Shown one piece after another: positions 49,619-59,395 of a DNA stretch of 64,000 nt. Each line of letters starts with the position of its first letter. The first letter of the stretch is position 1. The notes beneath the pieces were generated by a model. It had not been told where the DNA came from. It saw nothing but the letters and a program-made list of their open reading frames with translations, and did no database searches. A program made the position numbers and the translations under genes. Origin of the DNA: an uncultured bacterium (GTDB lineage: Bacteria > Chloroflexota > Dormibacteria > Aeolococcales > Aeolococcaceae); NCBI GenBank assembly GCA_963847225.1, contig CAWJYZ010000003.1:153512-217511 (forward strand), given 5' to 3'.

Positions 49619-49677
49619 GGAACGAGGAAAGCTCCGTTCCTCATCAATTGAACGAGGAATGGTTCGTTCCTCATTAG
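49619..49677. repeat. two tandem diverged copies of the GAA(C/T)GAGGAA-N5-GTTCCTCAT(T) palindromic element
   Basis: GGAACGAGGAAAGCTCCGTTCCTCATC, then GAACGAGGAATGGTTCGTTCCTCATTA. The same element occurs as a perfect hairpin at 23384-23410. Both copies lie in a convergent intergenic region (rlmD and dedA). Confidence 0.65.
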
Positions 49678-49814
49678 GCGTATGGGGTCCTGAGATGGGT
49701 GGCACACTGCGACGCCTTTGCGCTGGCTCAGCGAGGGTTGGGGCGATCCAGGCTCCAGTGGCGTGAGGCGGTGAGCAGCCAGTCACCTGTCGCGCCAGGG
49801 CATGAGCTGAAGCT

Positions 49815-50939
49815 CTAGCGGGGGAACGGTCTGGCCGGCTCCCAAGCCTCCGTCGGAGACGGCGAGGTTGCGATCATCGGTGTGCCTTCCAGCTCAGCCT
49901 CCGCCGTGGCCCTTCCCCCACGCCGCCGGCCCAGCGCCCTGAGCCGGGCGCGGCCGCGCACCCGGAAATAAAGGACGTCGAGGAGGCGCTCGCCGGCCGT
50001 CCGGCCACCGGCGCTGCGCCGGCTCAGGGCGGTGTAGAAGAGGGCCACCGCGGCGACCACCGTCAGGGGCTCGAAGATGCCCTCGGCGGGAATGAGGGGA
50101 AGGCGCGGGATGCGCAGGTGGAGGATGGGCAGGACGATGAGATCGATGCCGGCGACGAGGGTGGCCACGATCCCGGCGTCGGTCGCCGCCGCCACCACGT
50201 ACCGGTAGATGGGGCGCATCCGGGAGAACGGTCCCGGGTACTCCCGGTCGCGGTTGGTGGGCGCCCGGCTGAGGGCCCGCCAGGCCAAGAACGACAGAAC
50301 GATGAAGACGGCCCCGCTCAGCACGAGGTTCTGAATGTCGCCGAGGAAGTGGATGACCGGGATCCCGGCGACGAATCCGATGCCCATGGTCAGCGCGGCC
50401 CAGATGACGACGGCCGGGACATTGCCGCGCAGGAATCGTCCGGGGGGCACCTGTCCGGCCCCGGCGGCAAGGCTCACGTAGACGCGGATGCCGGGAATGA
50501 GCCGGCCCACGAGGATTTGGGGCGCCGACGCCCCGGAGGCCCGCCGCACGGCCCGCTCGTAGTGCCGCGCCGCGCGCAGCCGGCGGGCGATGGTCTGGAG
50601 GTGGGTGGGGCCGGTCACCCGAGCCCAGCTGTAGCCGGTGAAGGACCCGGCGAGCAGGGCGAGAATGGCGAGGGGAGGGAACTCGACCGGGCTCAGCCCT
50701 CCGGATGCGATGAGAAGGCCGCCCAGCATGAGCAGCACCTCGTTGGGGGTGATGAAGAGGGGGACCCCGGCCTCGTCGATGAGGAGAAGGGAGCAGATGA
50801 GCACGGTGGCCGCGATACCGTGCAGCCCGGTGAGCAGGCCGACGCTGATGTCGGCGGTCACGAGGCCGGAGGCGGGGCCGGCCAAGCCATGAGGGCGGCG
50901 GCCCAGCCCGAAGGGAGACGACGACGTATGCGGTGGCAC
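49815..50939 (-). CDS. DedA/VTT-domain family membrane protein with additional C-terminal membrane domain
   Basis: 374 aa, multi-TM. The DedA core is LLIDEAGVPLFITPNEVLLMLGGLL...GRLIPGIRVYVSLAAGAGQV. Confidence 0.7.
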   Translation of the reverse strand: MPPHTSSSPFGLGRRPHGLAGPASGLVTADISVGLLTGLHGIAATVLICSLLLIDEAGVPLFITPNEVLLMLGGLLIASGGLSPVEFPPLAILALLAGSFTGYSWARVTGPTHLQTIARRLRAARHYERAVRRASGASAPQILVGRLIPGIRVYVSLAAGAGQVPPGRFLRGNVPAVVIWAALTMGIGFVAGIPVIHFLGDIQNLVLSGAVFIVLSFLAWRALSRAPTNRDREYPGPFSRMRPIYRYVVAAATDAGIVATLVAGIDLIVLPILHLRIPRLPLIPAEGIFEPLTVVAAVALFYTALSRRSAGGRTAGERLLDVLYFRVRGRARLRALGRRRGGRATAEAELEGTPMIATSPSPTEAWEPARPFPR

Positions 50940-51019
50940 ACGCTCACGTCCCGAGAATACGGCCGCCGCGCCGCATGCGAGCGCCTTTCCGCGTGCTAAC
51001 GTACGTGCGTTCGAGGAGG

Positions 51020-54000
51020 ATGGCGGCCGGGGAGATGACCGGGGAGGCGGCGGAGAGCGGTGCGCGCGAGGTTCGCGGAGAGCCCGGCGAAGCGGGATTC
51101 GTCCATCTCCACACCCACAGCGAATACTCGCTGCTCGACGGGGCCGCGCGCATCACCGACCTGGTGCGGCGAGCGGTGGAGATGGGCCAGCCGGCCATCG
51201 CGGTCACCGACCACGGTGTCCTCTACGGCGCCGTCGACCTCTACACGGAGGCAATGGCGGCCGGGATCAAGCCGATCATCGGCTGCGAGACGTACATGGC
51301 GCCGCGGTCGCACCGGGACAAGGAGGGGCGGGCCGACCGCGACCCGCACCACCTCGTCCTCCTGGCCCAGGACGCCGAGGGCTGGCGCAACCTGCTGGCG
51401 CTGGTCAGCAGGGCGCACCTCGAGGGCTACTACTACAAGCCGCGCATCGACAAGGCGCTTCTCGCCGAGCACAGCCGGGGCCTCATCTGCCTCTCCGGCT
51501 GCTTGGGCGGCGAGCTTCCTCAGACCATCCTGAGCGGCGACCTCGCTGCCGCTGAACGGGTGGCCCGGGAGCATGCCGAGATCTTTGGGGCGGATTCGTA
51601 CTTCCTGGAGCTGCAGGACCATGGCATGGCCGAGGAGGCGGCGGTTCGCGAGGGCCTCCTCACCATCGCGCGCCGGACCGGGCTGCCGCTCCTATGCACC
51701 AATGACTCGCACTACATCGATCCTGAGGACGCCGACGCCCACGACATCCTCCTCTGCCTCCAGACGGGCTCCCGGCGCGACGACGAGAAGCGCTTCCGCT
51801 TCTCTGGCCCCCACTACTACCTGGCCAGCGGCCAGGAGATGCACGCTCGCTTCCAGGCCTTCGGGGAGGCGGCGGCCAACACCCTGGAGGTCGCCCGTCG
51901 CTGCGACTGGAAGCTGGAGCTGGGCAGCCATCACCTCCCGGCGTACTCGCCCATCCCCCCCGGGCAGGATGCCGACTCCTACCTCGCCGAGCTCTGCGAG
52001 CAGGGTCTGCGGGAGCGCTATGGGGCCGGCCCCCCCCAGGTGGCCCGCGAGCGCCTCGCCATGGAGCTGGACGTCATCCGCCAGACGGGGTTCGCCGCCT
52101 ACTTCCTCATCGTCTGGGACCTCATCCGGGCGGCTCGCGGCGAAGGGGTGGTGGTCGGCCCGGGGCGGGGCAGCGCCGCCGGGTCGCTGGTCGCCTACAC
52201 GCTGCGCATCACCAACGTCGACCCGCTGCGCTACGGCCTGATCTTCGAGCGCTTCCTCAACGCGGAGCGCGTCGAGATGCCGGACATCGACATCGACTTC
52301 GATGATCGCCGGCGTGACCGCGTCCTCCAGTACGTCACCCAGAAGTACGGACAGGACCGGGTGGCGCAGATCATCACCTTCGGGACGATGGCGGCGCGGG
52401 CCGCGATCCGTGACGTCGGCCGGGTCCTCGACGTCCCTCTTCCCGACGTGGACCGGCTCGCCAAGCTGGTGCCGGCGACGATCGGCATCACCCTGGAGCG
52501 GGCGCTCTCGGAGTTGCGCGACCTCCACGACGTCTATGCGGGTGAGGACTGGGCCAAGAACACCATCGATATCGCCCGGCGCCTGGAAGGCATCTCGCGC
52601 AACGCGTCGACGCACGCCGCCGGGGTTGTGATCGGCGCTGAGCCGCTCGCCGGCATCGTGCCCCTCGGACGTTCAACCTCGGGCAGCGAGGGCGTGGTCA
52701 CCCAGTTCGACATGAAGGGTGTGAGCCGCATCGGCCTCCTCAAGATGGACTTCCTGGGACTGGCCAACCTCACCGTCATCCAGGAGGCGGTCGAGAACAT
52801 CGAGCGGACGCGCGGCATCCGCATCGATATCGACGCCATCCCCCTGGACGACCCCGCAACCTACGAGCTGCTGGGACGCGCCGATACCCATGGTGTCTTC
52901 CAGCTCGAGGCCACCCTAGGCAAGCGAATCCTCATCGACATGCAGCCTCGCTCCCTGGAGGACCTGGCCGCCGCCAACGCTCTCATCCGCCCCGGGCCCC
53001 TGGAGGGCAAGGTCGTCGACCTCTACATCCGGCGCCGCCGCGGCGAGGAGCCTATCACCTACCTGCTCCCCGAGATGGAGCCGATCCTGGCCGAAACGTT
53101 CGGAACCATGATCTACCAGGACCAGGTCATGAAGATCGCTTCCCAGGTGGCCGGCTTCAGCCTGGGCGAGGCCGACATCCTGCGCTCCGCGATGGGCAAG
53201 AAGGACAAGCTCAAGATGGCCCAGCAGCGCGAGAAGTTCCTGCTCGGAGCGGAGGCGCGGGGCGTAGCCGAGGCCACCGCCGCGGAGCTCTTTGACCTCA
53301 TCGGCTTCTTCGCGGGCTATGGCTTCAACAAGGCGCATGCGATGTGCTACGGCCTCATCGGCTACCAGACCGCCTACCTCAAGGCCAACTATCCGCTGGA
53401 GTTCATGGCCGCTCTGCTCAACAGCCGGGCGGGCGATTTCGACAAGTTGAAGCAGACCATCCTCGACGCCCAGGCGCGCGGTCTCACCGTGGTGCTGCCG
53501 GACGTCAACCGCAGCGAAGCGAACTTCGCGGTCGGTGACGCCCAGCGCGGCGAGATCCTCTATGGGCTGCGCCACATCAAGAATGCCGGAGAGCGTGTCA
53601 TCGAGCAGCTCGTCGAAGAGCGCCGTAACGGGGGACCCTACCTGAACCTCTACGACCTCTCACTCCGAGTGGGAGGACGCGACCTCAACCGGAGGGTGAT
53701 GGAGGCCTTGATCCGCAGCGGGGCCTGCGATTCATTGGGCGAGCGCGCCACCCTGCTCGCCACCCTCGACCGGGCCATGGACCAGGCGGCCCAGGTCCGC
53801 CGCGAGCGCGAGCTCGGCCAGGCCTCGCTCTTCGGGGAGAGCCCCGAGGCGGGGAATGGGGCGCCCGCCTTCACCGACGGCTTTGGCTCCGTCGCCCCGG
53901 TTCCTCCCCTCGCCGCCGACGAGCGGCTGCGCTGGGAGCGCGAGCATCTCGGCATGTATCTCAGCGACCACCCGCTGCGCCGTATCGCCGACCGCCTGTC

Positions 54001-54664
54001 GGCGCGGGTCGACACTCCGATCGGGGAGCTCGGCGCGCACCTCGACGGCATGTACGTCCAGGTCGGGGGGGCCATCCGCGAACTGCGCGCCTTCATCCCG
54101 CGGCGGAGCACCACCGGGCAGCGCATGGCCTTCATGACCCTGGAGGACCTCTCGGGCGCCTGTGAGGTGGTGGTCTTCGCGCGTACCTTCGAAGACTGCG
54201 TGGAGCTGCTCGTCCCTGACCGCGTCGTGGTCGTGCGCGGCCGAGTGCAGGCGGGGCGTGGCCCCGCCCTGCCCACTCCGTCGGCCAACGGGAACGGCTC
54301 TGGCGAGGAGGAGGACTCGCACGAGAGCGAGCCGGTGAGCGTCATCGCCGAGAGTGTGTACGACCTCGACGACGTTCGCCTCGCCGCCTGGCGCAGCGAC
54401 AGCCGGGTGCGGCTCCGGCTGAGCCAGGGCCAGGAGGCGCTTCTCCCCGCGCTGCGCTCCCTCATCGAGCGCTATCCAGGCGACTCCCCGGTGAGCCTGC
54501 AGTCGGCTCGGGGCGATGCCGTCGACGAGGTGAGCCTTGGCGAAGCGTGGACGGTGCAGCCCGGGCCGCCCCTGGAGCGCGCCGTGGAGTCCCTGCTCGG
54601 CGAGGGCTCCTACCGCGTCGAGGTGGACCGGCGGCGTGTCCCCGAGGGAGGGAGGCGCCGCTAA
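51020..54664 (+). CDS. dnaE: DNA polymerase III subunit alpha
   Basis: The PHP domain begins FVHLHTHSEYSLLDGA, and the polymerase core and OB domain follow. Length is about 1215 aa. The start is ambiguous between the ATG at 51020 and the ATG at 51035, both next to a GAGGAGG. Confidence 0.95.
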   Translation: MAAGEMTGEAAESGAREVRGEPGEAGFVHLHTHSEYSLLDGAARITDLVRRAVEMGQPAIAVTDHGVLYGAVDLYTEAMAAGIKPIIGCETYMAPRSHRDKEGRADRDPHHLVLLAQDAEGWRNLLALVSRAHLEGYYYKPRIDKALLAEHSRGLICLSGCLGGELPQTILSGDLAAAERVAREHAEIFGADSYFLELQDHGMAEEAAVREGLLTIARRTGLPLLCTNDSHYIDPEDADAHDILLCLQTGSRRDDEKRFRFSGPHYYLASGQEMHARFQAFGEAAANTLEVARRCDWKLELGSHHLPAYSPIPPGQDADSYLAELCEQGLRERYGAGPPQVARERLAMELDVIRQTGFAAYFLIVWDLIRAARGEGVVVGPGRGSAAGSLVAYTLRITNVDPLRYGLIFERFLNAERVEMPDIDIDFDDRRRDRVLQYVTQKYGQDRVAQIITFGTMAARAAIRDVGRVLDVPLPDVDRLAKLVPATIGITLERALSELRDLHDVYAGEDWAKNTIDIARRLEGISRNASTHAAGVVIGAEPLAGIVPLGRSTSGSEGVVTQFDMKGVSRIGLLKMDFLGLANLTVIQEAVENIERTRGIRIDIDAIPLDDPATYELLGRADTHGVFQLEATLGKRILIDMQPRSLEDLAAANALIRPGPLEGKVVDLYIRRRRGEEPITYLLPEMEPILAETFGTMIYQDQVMKIASQVAGFSLGEADILRSAMGKKDKLKMAQQREKFLLGAEARGVAEATAAELFDLIGFFAGYGFNKAHAMCYGLIGYQTAYLKANYPLEFMAALLNSRAGDFDKLKQTILDAQARGLTVVLPDVNRSEANFAVGDAQRGEILYGLRHIKNAGERVIEQLVEERRNGGPYLNLYDLSLRVGGRDLNRRVMEALIRSGACDSLGERATLLATLDRAMDQAAQVRRERELGQASLFGESPEAGNGAPAFTDGFGSVAPVPPLAADERLRWEREHLGMYLSDHPLRRIADRLSARVDTPIGELGAHLDGMYVQVGGAIRELRAFIPRRSTTGQRMAFMTLEDLSGACEVVVFARTFEDCVELLVPDRVVVVRGRVQAGRGPALPTPSANGNGSGEEEDSHESEPVSVIAESVYDLDDVRLAAWRSDSRVRLRLSQGQEALLPALRSLIERYPGDSPVSLQSARGDAVDEVSLGEAWTVQPGPPLERAVESLLGEGSYRVEVDRRRVPEGGRRR

Positions 54665-54691
54665 AGTCCAGGCGGCCGATCGCCGCAGCGA

Positions 54692-55273
54692 TCATAGGAC
54701 GGCGAGCGGCAGGATGAGATTGGTGAAGATGACGTCCACGGCGATGAACAGCACGATGTAGGTCGCGAGGGCCACGAGCGCGGCGACATCGAAGGTGCGA
54801 CTGTAGGTGGTGATGCCTTCGAACGGCTGGCAGAAGGGCTGAGACAGCTCGCGAATGGCGCGGCTCATCGGGTGCCACCGGTCGACCTGGAAGAGGGCCA
54901 GAAGGAGGCGCACGAGGACGAGGACGACGATGATGGCGAGGATGATGAGGAGAAGCTGCTGCAGGACATAGACGACGGTGTAGGGGACCGAAGCTCCCTC
55001 GCCGATGGAGGTCGAGAGCGCGCTGAAGAGTGCCGCGCCGGTGAGGGTGGCGATGATGGCCAACACCGGCGCGAGATCGAGCCTTCCTCCGGCGATGGGC
55101 AGCAGACCGCGAAATGGCGAGACCACCGGGGTGGCGATGCCGCGGATCACGCGCACAAAAGGGTTGAGGGGATCGAGGCCGGGGATCCACGACAGGATGG
55201 CGTCAGCGATCAGGACGAGGACCAGAAGATCCAGCAGCCGGGCGATGAGAAGGAGGAGATTGCTGACGAGCAC
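54692..55273 (-). CDS. yggT: YggT-family membrane protein (two YggT repeats)
   Basis: 193 aa. The YggT motif (LIADAILSWIP...NPFVRVIRGIATPVVSPFR) is repeated twice (...VDRWHPMSRAIRELSQPFCQPFE). Confidence 0.75.
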   Translation of the reverse strand: MLVSNLLLLIARLLDLLVLVLIADAILSWIPGLDPLNPFVRVIRGIATPVVSPFRGLLPIAGGRLDLAPVLAIIATLTGAALFSALSTSIGEGASVPYTVVYVLQQLLLIILAIIVVLVLVRLLLALFQVDRWHPMSRAIRELSQPFCQPFEGITTYSRTFDVAALVALATYIVLFIAVDVIFTNLILPLAVL

Positions 55274-55352
55274 GTTCCGAGTATAGGCAGGGACTCTCCA
55301 GGCCTAGCCCGCCATCATCCCGCGCGCCGGGCGCGCCGCTGCAGTGCGGGTG

Positions 55353-55724
55353 TCAGTTCCAATCGGTCGGATACACGAGGTGGGGGAGGGGAAGCGACGC
55401 CTCCCGAGCGGCGTCGTCTCGCTCCGCCTGTGCGACGTCACGGAAGTTGCGGCTCGGCCGAGAATTCTGGGTCGGCTCCACGAAGCCGAGAACGGTGGGC
55501 GGCTCGCCCGTCGGGTCCAGGGTGGACCAATCGACCTCGATGACACGCCAGTCTTGCTCATCGACCCGGATCGTCTCCCCGTCGCTCAGATCATCGGCGT
55601 CGATGCAGGCGGCGCCGAAATCGGAGTCGCCGGCATCCAGCTTGGTCACATCGGCGAGGAGGAAGCGGAACACGCCCCCAGGGTAGCGGGATGTCACGGC
55701 CGGCGCCAGCCCGGAGATGGCCAC
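55353..55724 (-). CDS. hypothetical protein (acidic)
   Basis: 123-aa ORF with GC3 bias, between lgt and yggT on the same strand. Confidence 0.4.
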   Translation of the reverse strand: MAISGLAPAVTSRYPGGVFRFLLADVTKLDAGDSDFGAACIDADDLSDGETIRVDEQDWRVIEVDWSTLDPTGEPPTVLGFVEPTQNSRPSRNFRDVAQAERDDAAREASLPLPHLVYPTDWN

Positions 55725-55774
55725 CCTTCCGCCGGCGCCGGGCCGCGGCCCCGGACGCCACCGTGCCGCGCCGC

Positions 55775-56755
55775 TCAGGAGGCGGGCTCGCCGCCTCCGC
55801 CGTCCACGCCGCCGCCCTCCGGGTCACGGCGGGCCGCCGCGGCGGTTACCTCCAGGGCCGCGGCCGTCACCCCCTCCGCGTCGGCGGGGACCCCGGCGGG
55901 CGCACCCTCCGAGGCCGGGCTGGGCGCCGGGCGCAGGGCCGCGCTCCGCCTCCACAGGAGGATGAGTGTCGGCATCCCGATCACGAAGGCGACGATGGCG
56001 GTGAGCTGCAGCTCCTTCATGCCCAGCCACACGATGGGCTCCGATTCGCGGACGAAGTCGAGCCCGAACTGGCTGATCGCATAGAGAGCGAAATAGGTGA
56101 TGAAGAGCACACCGGGGCGCACGCCGCGGCGGCGCAGAAGCAGGAGAGCGATGAGGATCACGATGGTCGCCAATCCCTCGTAGGCGCCTGCGGGCTGATA
56201 GGCGGTGCAGCTTCCGGGGACGCACAGGCTGTAGTGCACCTGCGCGGTGCTCTGCAGCACGGCGTTGGGATTGGTATACGCGGTGGCCCAGGGCAGGTTG
56301 CTCGGACCGCCCAAGATGTCGCCGTTGATCACGTTGCCGATGCGGCCGATGGGCTGGCCCACGACGGCGAAGAGCGCCCCGGCGTCGACGACGCTCCAGA
56401 GCGGAAGGTGCCAGCGCCAACCGAGGAACAGGATGGTCAGGGTGGCGGCGACGAGGGCGCCGTAGAACGCCATCCCCCCGTTCCAGACGGCGATCCAGTC
56501 GAGCGGCGTTCTCATCGCGGAGAGGGTTTGGACGTCGTAGTAGAGGCGGGCGCCGATGAGGCCGAAGAGGATGGCCCAGCCGGCGAGGCGCTCGACCTGG
56601 TCGAGGCTGGCGCCCCGCTTCAGCATGTGCGGGCGCGCCCCGAACTGGTAGGCGACGATGAAGGCGACGACATAGAGGATCCCGTACCAGTGCACGGAGA
56701 GGGATCCGAGGTTGAAGGCGACCGGGGAGATCCCGATCTTGATGATGGCCAGCAT
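55775..56755 (-). CDS. lgt: prolipoprotein diacylglyceryl transferase
   Basis: Lgt signature GQPIGRIGNVINGDILG, with H-103 and Y-235-like contexts, and multiple TM segments. It has a Pro/Ala-rich C-terminal tail of about 60 aa. Confidence 0.9.
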   Translation of the reverse strand: MLAIIKIGISPVAFNLGSLSVHWYGILYVVAFIVAYQFGARPHMLKRGASLDQVERLAGWAILFGLIGARLYYDVQTLSAMRTPLDWIAVWNGGMAFYGALVAATLTILFLGWRWHLPLWSVVDAGALFAVVGQPIGRIGNVINGDILGGPSNLPWATAYTNPNAVLQSTAQVHYSLCVPGSCTAYQPAGAYEGLATIVILIALLLLRRRGVRPGVLFITYFALYAISQFGLDFVRESEPIVWLGMKELQLTAIVAFVIGMPTLILLWRRSAALRPAPSPASEGAPAGVPADAEGVTAAALEVTAAAARRDPEGGGVDGGGGEPAS

Positions 56756-56757
56756 GG

Positions 56758-57288
56758 CTACTGATGATGCCCCGCTGGGCTGGTCGCGCGCACCTCAAGG
56801 AGGCGGTAGCCGCGCTTCGAGGTCAGCCTCGTGCTCGAATAGCCCAGATCCCGCAGGCGTTCGGCGAGGGAGTCGGCGCCCAGATGCCGCTGCACGACGA
56901 GGTACCCTGCCCCCCCGGGCTCGAGGCGACCGAGCCAGCCCGTGAGGAGGGGAAGGAGGGCCGGCCGGCCCACCCGTATGGGCGGGTTGCTGTAGAGGGC
57001 GGCGAAGCGGAGCCTCGGGTCCACCTCCTCGGGGCGGCAGGCCTCCACGTTCGGAGTGGCGTTCTGCATGGCGTTGAAACGCGTCAACTCCAGCGCCCTC
57101 TCGTTGACGTCGACGGCGACCACCCGAGCGCCGGGGCTGCGCCGGGCCAGGGCCACGGCGATCACCCCGTGGCCGCAGCCGAGGTCGAGGAGGATGCCGG
57201 TGGGTGGAGGTAGCGGCGCCTCGCGGAGGAGGATCTCCGTGCCGGGATCGAGGCCCCGGGTGGCGAACACGCCACGATCGGTGCGCAA
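56758..57288 (-). CDS. class I SAM-dependent methyltransferase, 'methyltransferase small domain' (RsmC/YbxB-like)
   Basis: RTDRGVFATRGLDPGT...LDLGCGHGVIAVALA...YSNPPIRVG matches the small-MTase family. It begins at a TTG, and the frame stays open upstream with homolog-like sequence (QHYFSAAPIAPSAPETVRVHLLDQTVV) but no canonical start. Confidence 0.7.
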   Translation of the reverse strand: MRTDRGVFATRGLDPGTEILLREAPLPPPTGILLDLGCGHGVIAVALARRSPGARVVAVDVNERALELTRFNAMQNATPNVEACRPEEVDPRLRFAALYSNPPIRVGRPALLPLLTGWLGRLEPGGAGYLVVQRHLGADSLAERLRDLGYSSTRLTSKRGYRLLEVRATSPAGHHQ

Positions 57289-57395
57289 GACGACGGTCTG
57301 GTCGAGGAGGTGGACCCGGACGGTCTCCGGCGCCGAAGGGGCGATCGGCGCGGCGGAGAAGTAATGCTGGGGAGGCCGGGGATGGGGCAGCCCGG

Positions 57396-59258
57396 CTACC
57401 GCCGCGGCGAGGGAAGGGCGAAGCTGCGCGCCACCGCGGCGACGGCGTCGAGGTAGGAGCGCCGGGTGGCCGGCCGGAGGAGGTCGACGTCGACCTCCAT
57501 GCCCTCGGCGAGGTGGGCGTCCCAGGGAACCTTGACCACGGCCCGGCAGCGCTTGGCGAAATGCTGGACCACGGAGCGAAGCTCCTTGCCGCGGTCCTTG
57601 CGCACCTGGTTGATGACCACCACGGCGTCGCTCACCAGGTCGTGGTAGCCGTGCTCATCGAGCCAGTCGAGGGTGAGGCTGGAGGCGCGCGAGGCGTCGA
57701 TCCCGGGCGCGGCGCAGAGCACGATCTGGTCGGCCATGCGGAGGATCCCCTGCGTCGCGGAGTCCAGGATGCCGGTCCCCGTGTCCATGAGGATGAGGTT
57801 GTAGTGGTGCTCGAGAACGTGCAGCACCTCGCGGTACTCGGCCTCCCCCAGGGCCACGCTGATGGTCGGGTCGTCGTCGGAAGCGAGCACCTCGAGCCGG
57901 GTCGGTGACTGGCTCGTGAAGCTCCGCATGTCGCTGTAGCGCTGGATGCGGTCGACGGCGCGGAGAAGCTGGGTGACGGTGGCGTCGGTCTGACGGTTCA
58001 CCCGGTAGGCCAGCGAACCGGCATCGGGGTTGGCATCGAGGGCCACCACCCGATCGCCGCGATGGGTGGCGAAGGTGTGGCCGAGCATGAGGGTCGTGGT
58101 GGTCTTGCCGATGCCTCCCTTGCGGGACACGATGGCGATGCGGCGGCAGGTGGCGATCGGCGTCTTGGCGACGGTGATGAGCTCGCGCTCGCGGCGCTCG
58201 TCCAGCCCCGGGCCGGGGGTGATCCCCCCGAAGGTGAGGAGGCGGATGGTGCGCCGCCATCCCCGGGTGGCGGGAGCCACCCGCGCGGGGCGCACCCGGT
58301 CGGGGGCGAAATCGTGCGCCGTGCCGGGTGGCGCCGGAGCCGGGCGCACGAGAGCCGGCTCGGGGTCGGGAGCGAAGGAGGAGAGGCGGCCGCTCCTCGC
58401 CGGGGCGGCCCGCTGCGGTGTGGCCAGGGCGGGTCCGGGGAGTGGTCGCCAGGCCGCGGGCGTCGGAGCCGGGCGGCTCGACGCCGGGGCCGGGCGCCCC
58501 CCGTTGGAGGCGGGGCTCGCCGGCTGCGCGGCAGGGGCGGCGCCGCTGCGCGCCAACGGGATGCCCGGGGGTATGCCGTTGCGACCGGGCGACGGAGGGG
58601 CGGCGGGTGCGCTGCCCAGTGCCGGCTGGACACCCGGGCCTGCGCTGCCGCGAGCCTCAGGCTGCGCCGCCAGAGATGGAACCGGACGAGCCCCCGGTGG
58701 GGTGGCGGAGGGAGCGCTGACCGGAGGCGCAGGCCGTGCTCCGGGAGGCACTCCGGGCTGCGCGGTCGGCCGGGGGATCTCTGGGGGTCTCTGGCGGGCG
58801 GCCGCGGGTGGCGCGCCCTCGACGGGGGGCCAACTCGGGGAGGCGGGGGCCCTGGCTGGCGGAGCAGTGCTCGGCACGGCGGGACGATCCAGTCGGGGGG
58901 GCGCCGGGCCCGCCGCGCCGGGCTGGGCGCGGAGGTACCAGGGCGGGGTGCCGTTGGGGGAGCTCGAGCTCCGAGCGGGCGGTGCCGAGGGGGTTGCCGG
59001 GCGGGGGGCCGGTTTGACGGCTCCAGACCGACCGTCGGCGCGCGGTGCGGCGGCGCTCCCAGCCGGCTCCGCTGCAGCCCCCGGCTGGACCGGCTCGGCG
59101 ACGCCGTCCGCGTCGACCTTGGCGGCGCCACCGGCTCCCTCTGGGCCGTCGCCGCGACGGGGGTGGCCGACGATCTCCACGGGATCGGGCGACGCGGCAG
59201 GGGGCGATGGCACCGAGGTCGTCGGCTTCGTCTCCCCGGCGTTCTTCTCTGTCACCAC
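57396..59258 (-). CDS. ParA/MinD-family P-loop ATPase with roughly 330-aa Pro/Ala-rich N-terminal region
   Basis: The C-terminal roughly 290 aa carry deviant Walker A IAIVSRKGGIGKTTTT, Walker B LILMDTG, and a ParA/MinD fold. The N-terminal part is low-complexity P/A/S-rich. The start is uncertain: a GTG at about 59255-59258 after an AGAGGAGAGG ribosome-binding site, or the ATG at 59333. Confidence 0.75.
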   Translation of the reverse strand: MVTEKNAGETKPTTSVPSPPAASPDPVEIVGHPRRGDGPEGAGGAAKVDADGVAEPVQPGAAAEPAGSAAAPRADGRSGAVKPAPRPATPSAPPARSSSSPNGTPPWYLRAQPGAAGPAPPRLDRPAVPSTAPPARAPASPSWPPVEGAPPAAARQRPPEIPRPTAQPGVPPGARPAPPVSAPSATPPGARPVPSLAAQPEARGSAGPGVQPALGSAPAAPPSPGRNGIPPGIPLARSGAAPAAQPASPASNGGRPAPASSRPAPTPAAWRPLPGPALATPQRAAPARSGRLSSFAPDPEPALVRPAPAPPGTAHDFAPDRVRPARVAPATRGWRRTIRLLTFGGITPGPGLDERRERELITVAKTPIATCRRIAIVSRKGGIGKTTTTLMLGHTFATHRGDRVVALDANPDAGSLAYRVNRQTDATVTQLLRAVDRIQRYSDMRSFTSQSPTRLEVLASDDDPTISVALGEAEYREVLHVLEHHYNLILMDTGTGILDSATQGILRMADQIVLCAAPGIDASRASSLTLDWLDEHGYHDLVSDAVVVINQVRKDRGKELRSVVQHFAKRCRAVVKVPWDAHLAEGMEVDVDLLRPATRRSYLDAVAAVARSFALPSPRR

Positions 59259-59395
59259 CTCTCCTCTGGGCAACCCCTGGCGAGTGTAGCGTGTCGAAAC
59301 TACGAAATGGCGCAGCCGATCCGGCCTCGGCAACGCAGCCTCGGATACCTTCTGGGCGCGACGGTACTCCGCTTCCGCGAGAATGTCGATCCCAC

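Noticed and set aside
49690-49810. Possible structured small RNA in the rlmD-dedA convergent intergenic region downstream of the tandem hairpins
   Set aside because: Only vague self-complementarity was seen. No known riboswitch or sRNA consensus, such as SRP RNA, RNase P or 6S motifs, could be recognised by eye.
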